A stretch of DNA of 64,000 nt, from NCBI RefSeq assembly GCF_001194135.2, contig NC_068988.1, forward strand, positions 12,881,947 through 12,945,946, written 5' to 3'. Every line of letters begins with the position of its first letter. Positions within the stretch are counted from its first letter, which is position 1. The position numbers were made by a program, and so were the translations under genes. The notes beneath the pieces are model-generated. The model saw nothing but the letters and a program-made list of their open reading frames with translations. It had not been told where the DNA came from and made no database searches. Origin of the DNA: Octopus bimaculoides. Taxonomy: Eukaryota. Shown piece after piece: positions 39,360 to 52,850 of this stretch.

Positions 39360-40555
39360 GACTAGTGGATGAGTACAGAGAAAATTGACAATGGGTACAG
39401 TGAGGAAGTTAAGGTGTAAGTGTATCCCAAAGCTCAGATCTCAGCCTACTTTAATTGTTATAGATCACCAAACAATAACAGGAATTTGAGACTGGTTGCT
39501 TATGGTGTCACAATGTGTGTTCATGTCCACAAACTGTAGCTGCTGTCTAGGTTGAGTAAAGACTCATGAGAATGACTCAAAAGCACCAAAATGAGCATGT
39601 GGTTAGCTTAGCTGCAGGTGGCCACAAACTGAACTTTGGTGCTCAAAACATGCCCATTTAAAAGCTTTGCAAAGGGACATTCTTGCAGTTTCTAGAAAGA
39701 TGCATCATGTCATGTCTCAATGCTGATTGTTCCATAACTTGGCTGATCAGATGAAAAGGCTGTGATTTTTACTTGGCAATTTGTTAATTCAGTTTCAAAT
39801 TTTGCTGCAACAGAAATCATTTATCCTGATAACCCAGTCCTCATAGTAAAGATTATTTAGGATTGAGAGAAATTTTTGACAAACTCTTGAATAAAGAGGA
39901 TGCCTCAGTGTAAACATAGCAAAGTAGGGAAAGACGGCAGAACTCTGATGCCATTAGGGAAATTATAGTGCTCAGTATGCAGAAAAAGGATTGGGTAGTA
40001 ATTCCATACAATGATCTGTGGATGAACAAGAGGTGTAGTGGAACCAAAGATAGGTTGACAGTGAATAAAATATTTTTGTAGAAGCACAAGAGTTGTTTGT
40101 AATACAAAACTCTTTATAATATTTACAAGAATGTATGGAAGTAGTTGATAACTTCTATAACCTAGGAAACCTCTTTAGCAATAGAAAGTGTTCTGAAAGT
40201 ATGCCAGTAGACAGAATAAAAAGAGGATGGAAAATGTTCAGGGAACTATTACCACTGTTGACATGAGGATGCTCTCTCTTTTCCTCCTCTCTCTGAGCAA
40301 AGGGTAAATTTTATATTGTGTATAAAGTGCAATGTTGCATGGTAGTGAGATATGGGGGCTGAATGTAGAGGATGTGTAAAAGTTGGAAAGTAATGAACCA
40401 AGCATGCTCTGTCGCATGTGGTACAGAGTGGCTGAGAGAAAACACTGATGCAAGAGAGACGAATGTGCTGGCAAGGAGATCCATTTGGAAGGAACAAGTA
40501 GAAGAAGGAGACTAAGGAAGATATGAGCAGAAGGGGTGAAAGCTGATCTTAAGAT
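39360..40555 (+). mobile_element. Degraded RTE LINE remnant
   Basis: 40130-40550 translates to EVVDNFYNLG...RIKRGWKMFRELLPLL...SAMLHGSEIWGLNVED..KLESNEPSML. The 5' part is more decayed. Confidence 0.7.
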
Positions 40556-40859
40556 ATTAAACCTCAGAAATATATATATATAGTAATATGTAAAGGTAAG
40601 ATCCTAGGATCAAGGTGTAGGAAGTTAGTCAGCTTCAAGCAGCCCGTAGTAGGTATAAAAACCAACTTTCAGGAACAATAGTGGTTTATTGACATAGAAG
40701 GTTGTAGATTTTTCTCGTATCAAAGTTTGATAAGCCGAAAAAAGTTATTTTATAGTTCACAGTTAGCAACTGAGGTTGCTGTGTAATGCAACTAAAAATC
40801 CAAATTTAGGGAACAGAGTGAATAAGATCGAGGCTACATAAGTTTCCTAATTAGCAGAG

Positions 40860-41000
40860 GTAGCAATTACCCAGATCAGGGGTACTCCGCTAGCTACTCA
40901 TCAGGTCAAAGATACCTTAGTCAAATGAAGGTACATTGACTGAGGTATCTTTGGCCTGATGAATAGGTAGCAGAGTACCCCTCATTTGGGTAATTACTAC
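40860..41000. repeat. ~140-bp imperfect foldback (MITE-like)
   Basis: Arms TAGCAATTACCCAGATCAGGGGTACTC...CATCAGGTCAAAGATACCTTAGTCAA and TTGACTGAGGTATCTTTGGCCTGATG...GAGTACCCCTCATTTGGGTAATTACTA. Confidence 0.85.
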
Positions 41001-41094
41001 TTCCAAGGTCTGCTAGCTAGGAAACATAAATACTCTATTCCTTAACTTTGGATTTTTATTCACACACACACAGCAACCCCAGGTGCTAACCATG

Positions 41095-41135
<41 letters not shown>

Positions 41136-41359
41136 CATATATAAGTCTGGACAGCTCCATGTCAAACTATCTGACCCATGCCAGCATGGAAAGCTGGTGA
41201 TTTTCTTTTTGAGGAGATTCATTTGGTTCAGGCTCCCTGGTATACTTGTGCCACAAGAAGACTTCACCTTCATCCTCTTGTCACACTTCGACAGGGACCA
41301 TGACATATTCATTGCTTTTTATATATACGTATGTGTACACACACATATATATAATCTTT

Positions 41360-41665
41360 TGTTTCAGACATTAGACTGAGGACATGCTGGGGCAGAATTT
41401 TTAGTCGAATGAATCGAACCCGGTACTTAATTTCTTTTTAAGCAAGGTACTTATTCCATCAGTCTTTTGTGCCGAACAGCTAAGTTACTGGGATGTAAAT
41501 ACAACACCGGCTGTCAAGCGGTGGTGGGGGACATCCTAAGACGCAAGGGGACACACACACACACACGACGGACTTCTTTCAGTTTCCGTCTCCTAAATCC
41601 ACTCACAAAGCTTTGTTCGGCCCGAGGGGTGATAGTTGAAGACACTTGTCCAAAGAGCCACGCAT
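41360..41665. mobile_element. SINE-like repeat
   Basis: GCTAAGTTACTGGGATGTAAATACAACACC...GAAGACACTTGTCCAAG. Near copies at 44830-45225 and 60050-60425. Confidence 0.75.
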
Positions 41666-43668
41666 ATATGTGTGTGTGTGTGTTCTATAGTGTATTACAA
41701 GCTTGCTGGACAAAATGTCTTTTGACCTGACTTTCATCACACTATGCAACATGTACCTAATTCAATCACAAACTTATTTTATATATTTTCTTCACTCTAG
41801 CAAGGCGGCAAGCATGTTTGCAAATGAATTTGTTCTATGCATGTATAACTGTGTCTCAATATTTTTGCTTGTGACTATTTTACGGTGTTATGTATAACGT
41901 GTTATATGAAATTTTTCTATTGACTTTTTAATACGTATATTTTTCTCTGTGCATGCATTGTTACTCTCCCTATCACTCACACTCTTTGTGTTTTACGGTT
42001 GACCTCTTATTCGGTTTACCGCTTACTCTGTCTACCTCTTACTTTTTCTCTCATATGTTGATGACATGCTCTTTTCTCTCTCCCTCCCCCATTTTCTTTC
42101 TCATTCACTCATCCTTTCTTTCTCTTAATATTTTCGACTCACGCTTTTTTTTCTCCCCTTCATTCTCTCTCTTTCTTTCTAACCTCTCTCTCACCCTATC
42201 TTCCTGTTACTCATACCCTCTCACCTCTTTCCCCCACACCTTTTCTTCCACCGGTTTGTTATGTGGTTAGTTTTTAACAAAAGAGTTAAAAATAAAATTA
42301 GAGAAAAATATTACATCTGTAACCTAAAATAAATATGTTACTCCTCCACACCCACAAAACCCACTAAATCAGCCGCTACGTGGTCGCCTGGTCTGCTAGA
42401 AATAATAGTCACATTCCTCTGAAATTACACTTTGTTATAAATGAACGATACATAGAAAGAGAAAGAATATAAGTGAGAAAAAACCTGCTAGAAATAACAG
42501 TCACGTTATTCTGAAACTACACTCAACCATATCATAAGAGAAAGGATACGTTGGATAATGTAAGACTTGATACTTTGTCCGAAAATAAAATAGGATTACC
42601 ATGGCCGGATGCTTTGATAATATATTTGTGTTAGATCAGAACGGACCTAGGTTGGAATTAATAAAACAACCACCACTCAGTTATTGGGGAGAGGAGTGGG
42701 GAAGAAATGGAAAGTTTTGACGTTTGCCTTTGTCAAGGCCATAAAGTCAAATGCACCAAGAAGCGAACCACTGAAAAATCTACTTGCACTCAGTTCTTTC
42801 AACCTCAATCTCTCCCTTCTTTCTCTCTAACAGATGTATACACACACACGTGTGTGTGTGTGTGTCTTTGAATTACAAGCATTTTTCTTTCATTTCTTTT
42901 AGTTAGATCATGTTTAAATGTTATATACAATATCTATTCACTAATCAACTCTTTCTTTTGCTAGTCTATATTTTCCTTCCATGTTCTATTTTCTTTTCAC
43001 TTCTTTGCACTGACGTAAAAACAGGTCTAACAACGATTTGAAAGCCAGGTTCATTTGGAGCAACTCTTGTTATATATTTCTTGATAATCGTCATGATGAC
43101 GATAGTCGTAGTGCGGGTGGGGTGATGATATGCAAAGAAACAAACATTGCGATAACAATGATTGCAGAAAATTAAACCTTCCATCTTGTAGGTACTCACT
43201 TAAAACAAAGATCGTTTTTATTTCAGTACTTCTTTACAAAGTCATCGTGAATTTAGCTGCAGGTCAACCCTGGATCGAGCAGATCTATAATCAAAAACAT
43301 TCCACTCATGATCGTACTCTATTTTTGTTTATCAGGAACAACTATATTACCCTATGCGTCCCTTTATTTTTAAGACGGCATGGTGGGTGTGATTTGAGTT
43401 AGATTTAGCTGCTATTTTTAGCATTTTCGGCGACTACGTAGAGGCTGTGTTGTTGGCTAGTTCTTTACAAAGTCTAAGTCTTCAGGAGGAGCACTTATAA
43501 TGTCAGCGCCAAAAAGAGTGGCGGGATGAGCAATTATTAAGACGGACATGCCGACTTAAATTAGTTCAACACATAGGTACGCACCACAGCAATTATACAA
43601 AAAAACCCCCCACTTCATATTCACACAAGCATACGCCTCTATTTTCTTAATTACATATATACACTCAC

Positions 43669-43691
43669 GTGTACTTTCTCCTCGTTTGTTA
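43669..43691 (-). CDS. 23-nt microexon candidate (V)TNEEKVH
   Basis: Acceptor TTTTTTTCTTTTAG and donor CAC|GTGAGT, both near consensus. Confidence 0.4.
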
Positions 43692-45429
43692 CTAAAAGAA
43701 AAAAAATTGGGCGACTTCTTTGCTTGCTAAAACAATTAAGTAATTTCCTAGTATAGAGTTGTACTGTGTCTGTATGTTTGACTATAATGTAACTCAACAA
43801 CAGAAAAGTATATATACACACAATTCCAATGACAATTATGGCAATTATTTTCTTCCTGGGAATTACATGTTTTACAAACAGGCATCGTCAACTATCATTA
43901 TATTTACAAGTAAATCCAAGCCTTAAAATTAACGCTTATTTTAAATACAATTTATTACATTTCCTTTCCTTTAAAACTATGGGGAATAGGTCGAATGTAA
44001 TTTCATTTGAGATTACAGACAAAAGAGAAAAAACACTTCCTTTTCAGAAAAAAAAAAAAATGAAGAGTTATCTCCCGAGGTTGTTTTTATGGTACACTGA
44101 CAGCCTTTCAAATTTGATTTTATATATATATATATATATAAGGCATAACTACAGATTGCTGCCCCACGACTTTGTTTCTGTATAACTTTTTGAAAAACGC
44201 ATATTTTTTAACGAAACTCTGCAGAGGTACGTTTTTGATGGTGTAGATTACGATTGTTCTATTGACAAAAAAAAATTCTCCGAAGGAATTTCGAGCCACT
44301 TTCTCCCAATTTGTTTGAAAATAACTTTCTTTAAAATCTGTTTTCAAATTACATTATACAGAAATACGCTTTCGTGAGGTGTAGATTACATATTATTGAT
44401 GTTTAAACCATATATAAAAATGCTTGAGTTACGAAAATTAGTGGTAACAAAGTTGGGGCAGGAGAAGGGAAGAACGCACCGAAATTCTTCCAAAGAAATT
44501 TTTTTTTAAATAAATTTTACCAGCATGATTGTAATCCACACTCTGGAAAACGTATCGCTGCAAAATCTTAAAGAATAATGTATTTTACAGACAGTTATAA
44601 GGAAACAAAATCGGTGAAGTGAGGGCACCACCAGTCTGCAGATCTATCTGTCTCTCTGTCTTTATATAAACACACACATACATATATATACACAGATAAG
44701 TACGTATATACACATACGTGTGTATATACGTATTTTACATATATGTATATTCATATATCTATGTACATATATATGTATGCAAATACACACACACACACAT
44801 ATATATATGTGTGTGTTTGTGTATTCACTTGTGGTTTTTAGTCGAAACAAAACAGCACTCAACTATATGAATATCATCTTTTACTTCATTCATTGGATTG
44901 TGGCCATGCTGGGGCACCACCGAAAAGGATTTAGGCAAATAAATCAACCCTAGTATTTATATTTCCTTAAAGTTTGGTACTTTTTCTGTCAGTCACTTTC
45001 GCCAAATCGCTACGTTACAGAGATGTAAACAAACCAACACCAGTTATCAAGCGGTGGGAAGGAAAAATACAAGCAAAATATACACGCCCACACACACTTA
45101 CGCATGATCGGCTTCTTTTAGTTTCTGTTAACCAATTTCGTTCACAAGGCTTTGGTTGGTCTAAGGTTATAGAAGACACTTGCCCAAAGTAACAGACAGT
45201 GGTACTAAACCCAAAACTACGTTTTCACTACCATCTTTATCTCTCCAGCCCCCCACCCCCACCCCCGATTACTCCTACCCACTCTTGTAAATGTGACTAG
45301 CCATGCAGCCACCCTACAGCCCCTGCTTTTATCTCTAACCTATTATCACCTGCCATAAAATTACCTCCCACTTTATTGTAGCTCCACTTGTTCAAAGTCG
45401 AAAGGGATCTTAATCTTGCAAGCTACAGG

Positions 45430-46235
45430 TTGACATGTTGGTGCCACAATAAAAGCACCCAGTACACTTTGTAAAGAAGTGGATGTTAGGAAGGGTATCC
45501 AGCTGTAGATAGCAGGTCAAAGCAGACTTTGGAGTATGATGCAGGCCTTCAGTCCATCAGATCCTGTTAAACTGTCCAATCCATGCCAGTGGCATGTAAA
45601 AAGCATCAAGTACACTGTTAAGTGGTTAGCGCTAGGAAGGGCATCCAGCTGTAGAAACCATGCTAGCTCCATGTCAAACTATCTAACCCCTGCTAGCATG
45701 GAAAACAAATGTTAAAAGATGAAGATAATAAATATATCATCATATATATGCTTATATACGTTATATAAGTTTTATTTATATATCATCATCATTTAACGTC
45801 TGTTTTTCATGCTGGCAGGGGTTAGACAGTGTACTGGAACTGGATGCTTTTTACTTGCCACTGTCATGTATATATATATTCATATATCATGTCAAGCTAA
45901 GTAAAATCTTGGTCCCTGCATCCCTCTTCAGCTGACCAATCCTAATCTTTTGGGCTCATGGATGCTGGTGCCATGTCAAAAGCAACCATGCTGGTGTTGC
46001 ATAAAGGCATCCAGTACATTCTGTGAAGTGGCTGGTGTTAGGAAGGACATCCAGCTGTAGAAATCATGCCAAACAGACATGGAATCCAGACATCTCTTCA
46101 ACTGGCCAGTTCTTGCCAAACCATCCAATGCATGCCAGCATGGAAAACGGAGGTAAAATGGTGATAATATACATGTATATATATATATATATATCATCAT
46201 CAACATTTGATAGCTGTTTTCTATGCTGGCATGTA
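45430..46235. mobile_element. Cluster of RTE-tail SINE fragments in both orientations
   Basis: Three forward copies (GTTAGGAAGG.CATCCAGCTGTAGA) and two inverted tail fragments. Confidence 0.8.
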
Positions 46236-46944
46236 TATACATACATACCTTTATTTGTGAATTAAGGTTACCATTGGTTTCATGTCAAGAAAAACAGAAA
46301 ACTATCTGAATATCGTAACAATTTTTCAAAGCAATCACATGGAGGAATGGTGTTTGTCCCCATTTTGGATAAAAGCACATATACACACACACACACACAA
46401 ATAAGCATATGCATACAATTGCATGCATGTACAAATTTTCATTCCTCATGCTCTAACAATAAATATGTAACTATGCATATCTCTATATCTTGTGTGTGTT
46501 TATGTATGTATGTTTGTATATATATATATATATATATATCATCATCATCATCATCATCATTTAACGTCCATGCATGCACACACACACACACAAACACGTA
46601 TGTGTGTGAAAGCAAGAGGAAGGTGGGGAGAGAGAGAAAACAAAAAGAAAAGGAAGTGTGTTTTAAGGAGATTTTCTCCTGATAAATATGAGCTGCTGTC
46701 ATGTTACAGGTGCTGAACATTCTTTTAACAACCATATTCCCTGCAGTTGACTGGTTGAAAACAAAGCTCTTCCTTGTGCTGTCAAACATAGCAGTGAATG
46801 GGGTGAAAGAAAAGAAGTCAGTATTCATGACTTCATTTATTTGCTTGTTGTTTTTTCCACTTTTATTTTTGGTTGTATTTATGTTAAAAAATATATATTC
46901 CAGAGACTGAGTTGAAATGAGCCAACAAGAAACGTTCTATATAG

Positions 46945-46992
46945 TCACTTGACCTGGAAAAGCAGTTGAATCTCCCCCCAAATCCAATACAA
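46945..46992 (+). CDS. 48-nt exon candidate SLDLEKQLNLPPNPIQ
   Basis: TTCTATATAG acceptor, CAA|GTAAGG donor, open in phase 0. The polypyrimidine tract is weak, so this could be chance. Confidence 0.25.
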
Positions 46993-47091
46993 GTAAGGGT
47001 TCTAATAGCTGAAATGGTTTTACCATATTTTCTATCGGTGCTGATCTAACTCTAAATAGTAACAACATGATTTGAAAGAAATTTTGCTTAC

Positions 47092-47128
47092 CTCTCCCCT
47101 TTACCATTTTCTTAACACTTCTTTTACT
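47092..47128 (-). CDS. 37-nt exon candidate SKRSVKKMVKGR-G
   Basis: ATTTTACAG acceptor and strong donor GAG|GTAAGC. Phase-compatible with 43669-43691. Confidence 0.35.
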
Positions 47129-50100
47129 CTGTAAAATTTTTGGTCTTTAAAGATAATATAAGCAGTGTGGAAATGCTCAAAGACTAATATTGTTTTATGC
47201 TTCACAGAAGAATATAAGACTATTAAAATTATACATTAGTTATTGGGCTTTTGTTGTCTTCTATCAATACATAAGTATTTCAGTAATTTTAATTAGATTT
47301 TTGATGCTCACTGCATTAAATATGTTAACATGTTGTCTTCAAGCATATGGCCATATCTAACCTCAGTGATGTATTCTTAATTAAAAAAAAAACTATGCTT
47401 AGCTTACAATTCAATGAATAAAATATATATATTTATTAGTGTACCTTTATCATTAAATATGAATGGCAGTCTGATTAATTATAGGAAGTGTTTTACAATA
47501 GAAAAATCAAATTTTCTTTTTATTGTGATGTTTACAAATATACATACACTATATTGGTATACTTTCAGAAGGACAAACGAAACAAAGAATGGCATGCAAA
47601 ATATAAGGGAGATAACTCCTGCTATCCTGTTTTAATCTTATAAATTACACGACAGCAATTTTTTCGCAATGAAAGTACAGTTGTCAATTAGCTGCCCCCT
47701 TCTTGTTGCGTATCTTATTCTAATTTGCTCTTATTTCAATTATCTCACTTATTGTTTCTCTGTTTGCTTTTCTGCACTGGTATAATAAACACATCATCCT
47801 TCCACTCATACTCATTTTACTTCTCTGATCGTTCCCTCTCCATTTGTGCTCTAACAGTGTCCTACTTACACATTATCTCTTTAGCTCAACAGTGGATAAA
47901 ATACACAAAGCTAATAAATATATGTGGATTAATAGCTCGATGCTTATGCAGTTATTCACCCTCCTCTACATTTACTCGCATATTTATTGGTATTTTGCAG
48001 TATATTATAAGTTTCTCATGGGGTTGACGTTTATTCCAACTTATATTCTCTGAAGAGTGGCGGTAAAGTAGGGACTGATAAATTTCTTTGTAGTATTTAG
48101 TTAAATTCTGAAATACAGGAATGCAACTTTTCTTTTCAGTTAACAAGTCAGATTAAAAGGCTGTAGAAAAATTGATGTTGTTAGCCCTTCGTCAGCTCTG
48201 ATTTAGTAGATCTCTGTAAAACAGATAAACACATCGACTCATCCTTCTACTCACATTCATTTTACTTCTATGACTATTTGTTGTGACAGTCTCTTTCTTA
48301 CACACTATCTCTTTAGTATGTCAGTGGATGAACACACAAAGCTAATTATTATATGTAAATAAATGGTATTGTGCTTTTTTCTGTTCTTCATTGCCTCGCT
48401 TATGTTCAAAGGTGTTCAAATCATAACCTTCTAGTTCTTCTCTAAAACCATGCTCGACATTATCTAATGTATCCTTTCTCTAGGATATAATTTGAGAGCA
48501 ATTTGGTTATTATTTCTAACAGTTCGTGCGACCAAATGGAGCAGCGTTCCCAACATTTGAATTAAGAAATTGTCTAAAGCTGCAATTATTTTTCCGATCA
48601 GATTTTTTGGTTTGCAGATTAAAATAAAATGCCGATTGAAATTATACATCAATTACCTTTTTTTTTTTTTTGGCTGTATATATTTTACTCTCAGTCGTGG
48701 GGTGTAATATTTAATAGCAACCCTATGTTTCAATTTTAAAAAAAAATTATCAATTATAGGATTATTATTGTCATTCAAGTGTTAAGATTTAAAAAACCTT
48801 AACAAGAAAATGAAATTAGAGACACAATCGAAATCTATAACTAAATGAAATATGTTATAGAGTTACGCTTTCAACAGCCTTTCAAAAATTACAACTGAGC
48901 AAAGCAAACACTATCGCCTCCTCGTCGTCGGTGTTTTCGTCATTATCGCCGTCAGCGTCTTCGTCACCATCACCACGAACACCACCAATAACAGTATAAC
49001 CATCATCGTCATCACCATTACCGTCAATGCCAACGTTCTCTTCACCTTTCAGCTTCTATTTGTCCCGAAATGTTTTCTGTCAAATCTGATTGCAGACGGT
49101 TATTTTGGTTTTGTTTATTGACTGTAAACATATACAGAACTAAATGTTCCCATTTTGTGACAAGAGTCACCACATCAGAGTAAAAGAATGAAACAATGGA
49201 GCAGATGTGAAAGAAAGTAACAGAGAGAGGGAAAGAGAAGGCATGAAAAAATGGCAAGAAAGAGGAAGAGAGAAAGGGAATGAGACAGAGAGATGGAGAG
49301 AGAAAACGACAACAAGTCTAAGTGAGGGAGAAATAGAGTATGAGACAAATGAACTGGGCCAGAAAAATGAGAGACGCAAATACAAATATAAATTCGCTAA
49401 GAGACTAAACTGACACACAATACATCACATAGAACTAAGAGAAATTATTTCATTACAATAGTTTCTCCATTTTTATCTCTTATAAACGCACTGAAGTTAA
49501 CTTTTAGCACACGTTTTAGTAGACATTTGTCAGTGTGGGAAACAGAGAGTGAGAGATAGACAGCGAAAAGGAGAGGAGAGAGCGCAGTAGTGTGTGTGAG
49601 AGAGATTTGTTGAGAGAAAGTGGGGGGGGGATAAGTGATAGACGTGTTTGTGAGAGAGAGAGAAAGCATGTTTTGTAAGCGAAAGACGAGAGTGTATAAG
49701 AGAGGGTGAGTGTGAATGTAAGTGTACATACATGCGTGTGTATGGGAGTTTGAGAGATGAAGTGTGTGTATGAGAGAGGGGGATAGAATTATATATTAGA
49801 ATGAGAGGGAGACTGTAAGTGCGCATGCAGTGGTGTGTTAATGATACAAGAATTCTGTTGTTTTTTTTTCTCCGACGAACTTGCCAGTTCTGTTAAAAAG
49901 CTCTTTTTCAACTTGTTCATATTCACACGAGGAGTTATGTTCTTTTTTGCATAATAGTCTTACAATTTCTTTGGCAATTTTTTAAAAATTCTCTTTTACA
50001 TTCATTTTTATGGTTTACATTACTTCTTTGAACTCCCATAGAGAAATTTCAATACTCGAATGGCTTCTCATATTATAAAATTGCAACAGTTGAAGTTGGT

Positions 50101-51233
50101 CCATTGCGAATGTTATTTCGTTCACCTTTTTTTAATTATTGATAATTTATTTGTTAAAATACGTCACTATAAAACCCTTTCAANNNNNNNNNNNNNNNNN
50201 NNNNNNNNNNNNNNNNNNNNNNNNNNNNNNNNNNNNNNNNNNNNNNNNNNNNNNNNNNNNNNNNNNNNNNNNNNNNNNNNNNNNNNNNNNNNNNNNNNNN
50301 NNNNNNNNNNNNNNNNNNNNNNNNNNNNNNNNNNNNNNNNNNNNNNNNNNNNNNNNNNNNNNNNNNNNNNNNNNNNNNNNNNNNNNNNNNNNNNNNNNNN
50401 NNNNNNNNNNNNNNNNNNNNNNNNNNNNNNNNNNNNNNNNNNNNNNNNNNNNNNNNNNNNNNNNNNNNNNNNNNNNNNNNNNNNNNNNNNNNATATATAT
50501 ATATATATATATATATATATACGTACAGCTTCTATATCCGGATTACAAGTTTACATTTATACCAATAAATAATTGGAGCATTTGGTTTTGTAAGTAAATG
50601 CTTTACTGTCAATCTGGATAAGCTTGAATTTCCAGAAAAAAGAGATCAACTGATTCGCACATTGCAAATACAATCTGTAAGCGGAACAGTAAAATTATGC
50701 AAGACTTTTCTCAGTTTTAATATGTAGCATTGTTTTCGTTGTCTACATTCCAAAGATTGAGCTTTGTGTCTTTGTTAGAAACCAGCTCCTTCTTCAGAAG
50801 AAGAATTTAAATGGTTAAGTACAGAACACACACACACACACACACATACATGCATATAAACAGACACGTGTGTGTGCGCGCACGCATCCTGCAGAGGCAC
50901 AGAAACGAAATCACGTTCAGTTTCAGACGACCAATACTACACGGATCATGTGTTTTCTCACAATATATTAAATATTTAAGCACGAGTTAATAATTCAAAT
51001 AGTAAAAAAAATAAAAGAAAGAGAGATAAGAACAGCTTCTTCCCCGTATATTTCGGTAATGATTTATTCAATACTTCTCTAGTGAATGATATTTTCCCTT
51101 CCTTATTCAGTTTAGTGTTTTGATAATTTAATGCATAGCTATTAAAAAAAGTCAACAAGAAATAAATTTTTGAAGAGTAAAGTCAAGGAAAACAAAATTA
51201 AGCAGTGACGATTATTATTTTCAAGGGAGACAT

Positions 51234-51274
51234 CTTCGGACATGTTTCGGGCATTTACGACCTCCTCAGTGAAG
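51234..51274 (-). ncRNA. Minimal type I hammerhead-ribozyme-like motif (Penelope-type)
   Basis: CTTCA-CTGAGGA-GGTC GTAAAT GCCC-GAAA-CATG-TC-CGAAG: intact core, palindromic stem III ACATGT, one mismatch each in stems I and II. Confidence 0.55.
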
Positions 51275-52444
51275 CATGACGTTCACCGTGAATGCCGAGG
51301 TGGTATTGAAAGAATTATTAAATGTACACGATAGTACATTTAATTGGTGAAGGAAAAGATAGTTGTTCAAGCAGTTACTAGTCTGAAGATACCGTTCACA
51401 TAAAAAAAAGCAATGCTTATGTTAATATTAATATATGTAATGCTTGGACCATTAAATTGCTAACTAGAAATATTGAATCTCTTTTAATCGAAGGATTAAA
51501 CTAAACGGGTATAAAATTAAAACCTATTTCTATAATTCAACATGACACTAAACATAAACTTAGCTAAATTGAAAAAATATTGAACAAAAGAAAGTTACAA
51601 GTTGCATTTCAATTTGAAAAAGTATCGTTTGGAAAGAAGTTTAGTGTCGAATCAGAGTAATCTCCCTTAATATACAGTTGACCCTTTTTCGGTTATTACT
51701 AGAATTCACGATCGTACAGCTACGCTGGATGTGACCTGTAAAATGAACTTTTGCATTCGACTTTCTACTCTACTTGTTTTGACAGATACAACCGAAACCT
51801 AAAGCCAGGATAATATTCTCCATATGTGCCAGTGTGTGACTTCTGTAGACTAATGGGCGAATAAGAATGCTGAGAATGAAAACGATACATAGAAACATGC
51901 GCACGCACATACATGCCAACATTCACATATGTATGTAAGCAGGTATGTATGATGCATATAAGTGTGTATGTACGAGATTAATCCGTTAGTGTGTGTATAT
52001 GTGTATGAGAATGTGTGGAGAGGGAGGGAGAGAGAGAGATACATACAGAAGACGAGGGAAGGAGAAAGTTCAAGCATAAGTTATATAATGTGTCATACTG
52101 GCTATGTGACTTCTTTATAAGATGCAGTTGACTTCTATTACATTCTGAACGAATGCTATGTTCACACATTTTTTTAAACACAAATATGTAAGTGTATTAA
52201 GACTGTGATTTACAAGCCGGACTGTAAGCGCATTAGGTTGTAAGGTTAGCACTACGAATGTAGAAAAATGATTGAAATTTTATTGCATATACTGCCCTTG
52301 TTTATACACGGGGCACAAATGCATAAGCATGCAAAAATATATGTGTTTGGAAGTATACATACACATGGGTGTGTATAAAATAATTAACTTTCTGTGCATT
52401 TTTTTTTTTTTGTAACGCATGTGCACAAGCGAAATTATATCATA

Positions 52445-52850
52445 TAGCTCAGGAAAATGATACAATTCAAAACTAACCCTAACTCTAAAACCCGAACCCT
52501 AACCCTAAAGCTAAAACCAGTACAAACGCACGAACGATGTCATAAATAAGAGTAACACGGGTAGTTGTTGACAAACGATGGCAATAATTTTATTCAAGGG
52601 AAAAGATCCCATGACACCGTTGTTTACATTCCACGGCATTAATTGTTTTCACCTCAATAGACGTCAGTGATTGGTTGAAATTACCGAAATACGACAACTT
52701 TTTACATGAAATAACTTCGAATACAAATTTTTTTATCTGTTCTATAATACAAAATATGCAAGTATACGAAGTTTGAAAGTGTTTCGGTACAAAAAACACT
52801 ACATAAAACATTAATGAAAAATGTTGCCCGTCAAACCAAAAAGATCCGCG
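52445..52850 (-). mobile_element. Interspersed repeat carrying a degenerate (TAACCC)n tract; Helitron-like non-autonomous element suspected
   Basis: CTAACCCTAACTCTAAAACCCGAACCCTAACCCTAAA at ~52474-52508; terminus TCAAACCAAAAAGATCC at ~52830-52847. The class is inference. Confidence 0.4.

Noticed and set aside
46690-46910. Coding-looking frames on both strands (VLNILLTTIFPAVDW... / FDSTRKSFVFNQ...)
   Set aside because: No pair of convincing splice sites and no recognisable family.
48880-49060. Acidic D/G-rich frame on the minus strand (GDDDDGYTVIGG...)
   Set aside because: Degenerate trinucleotide repeat with no start or convincing splice sites.
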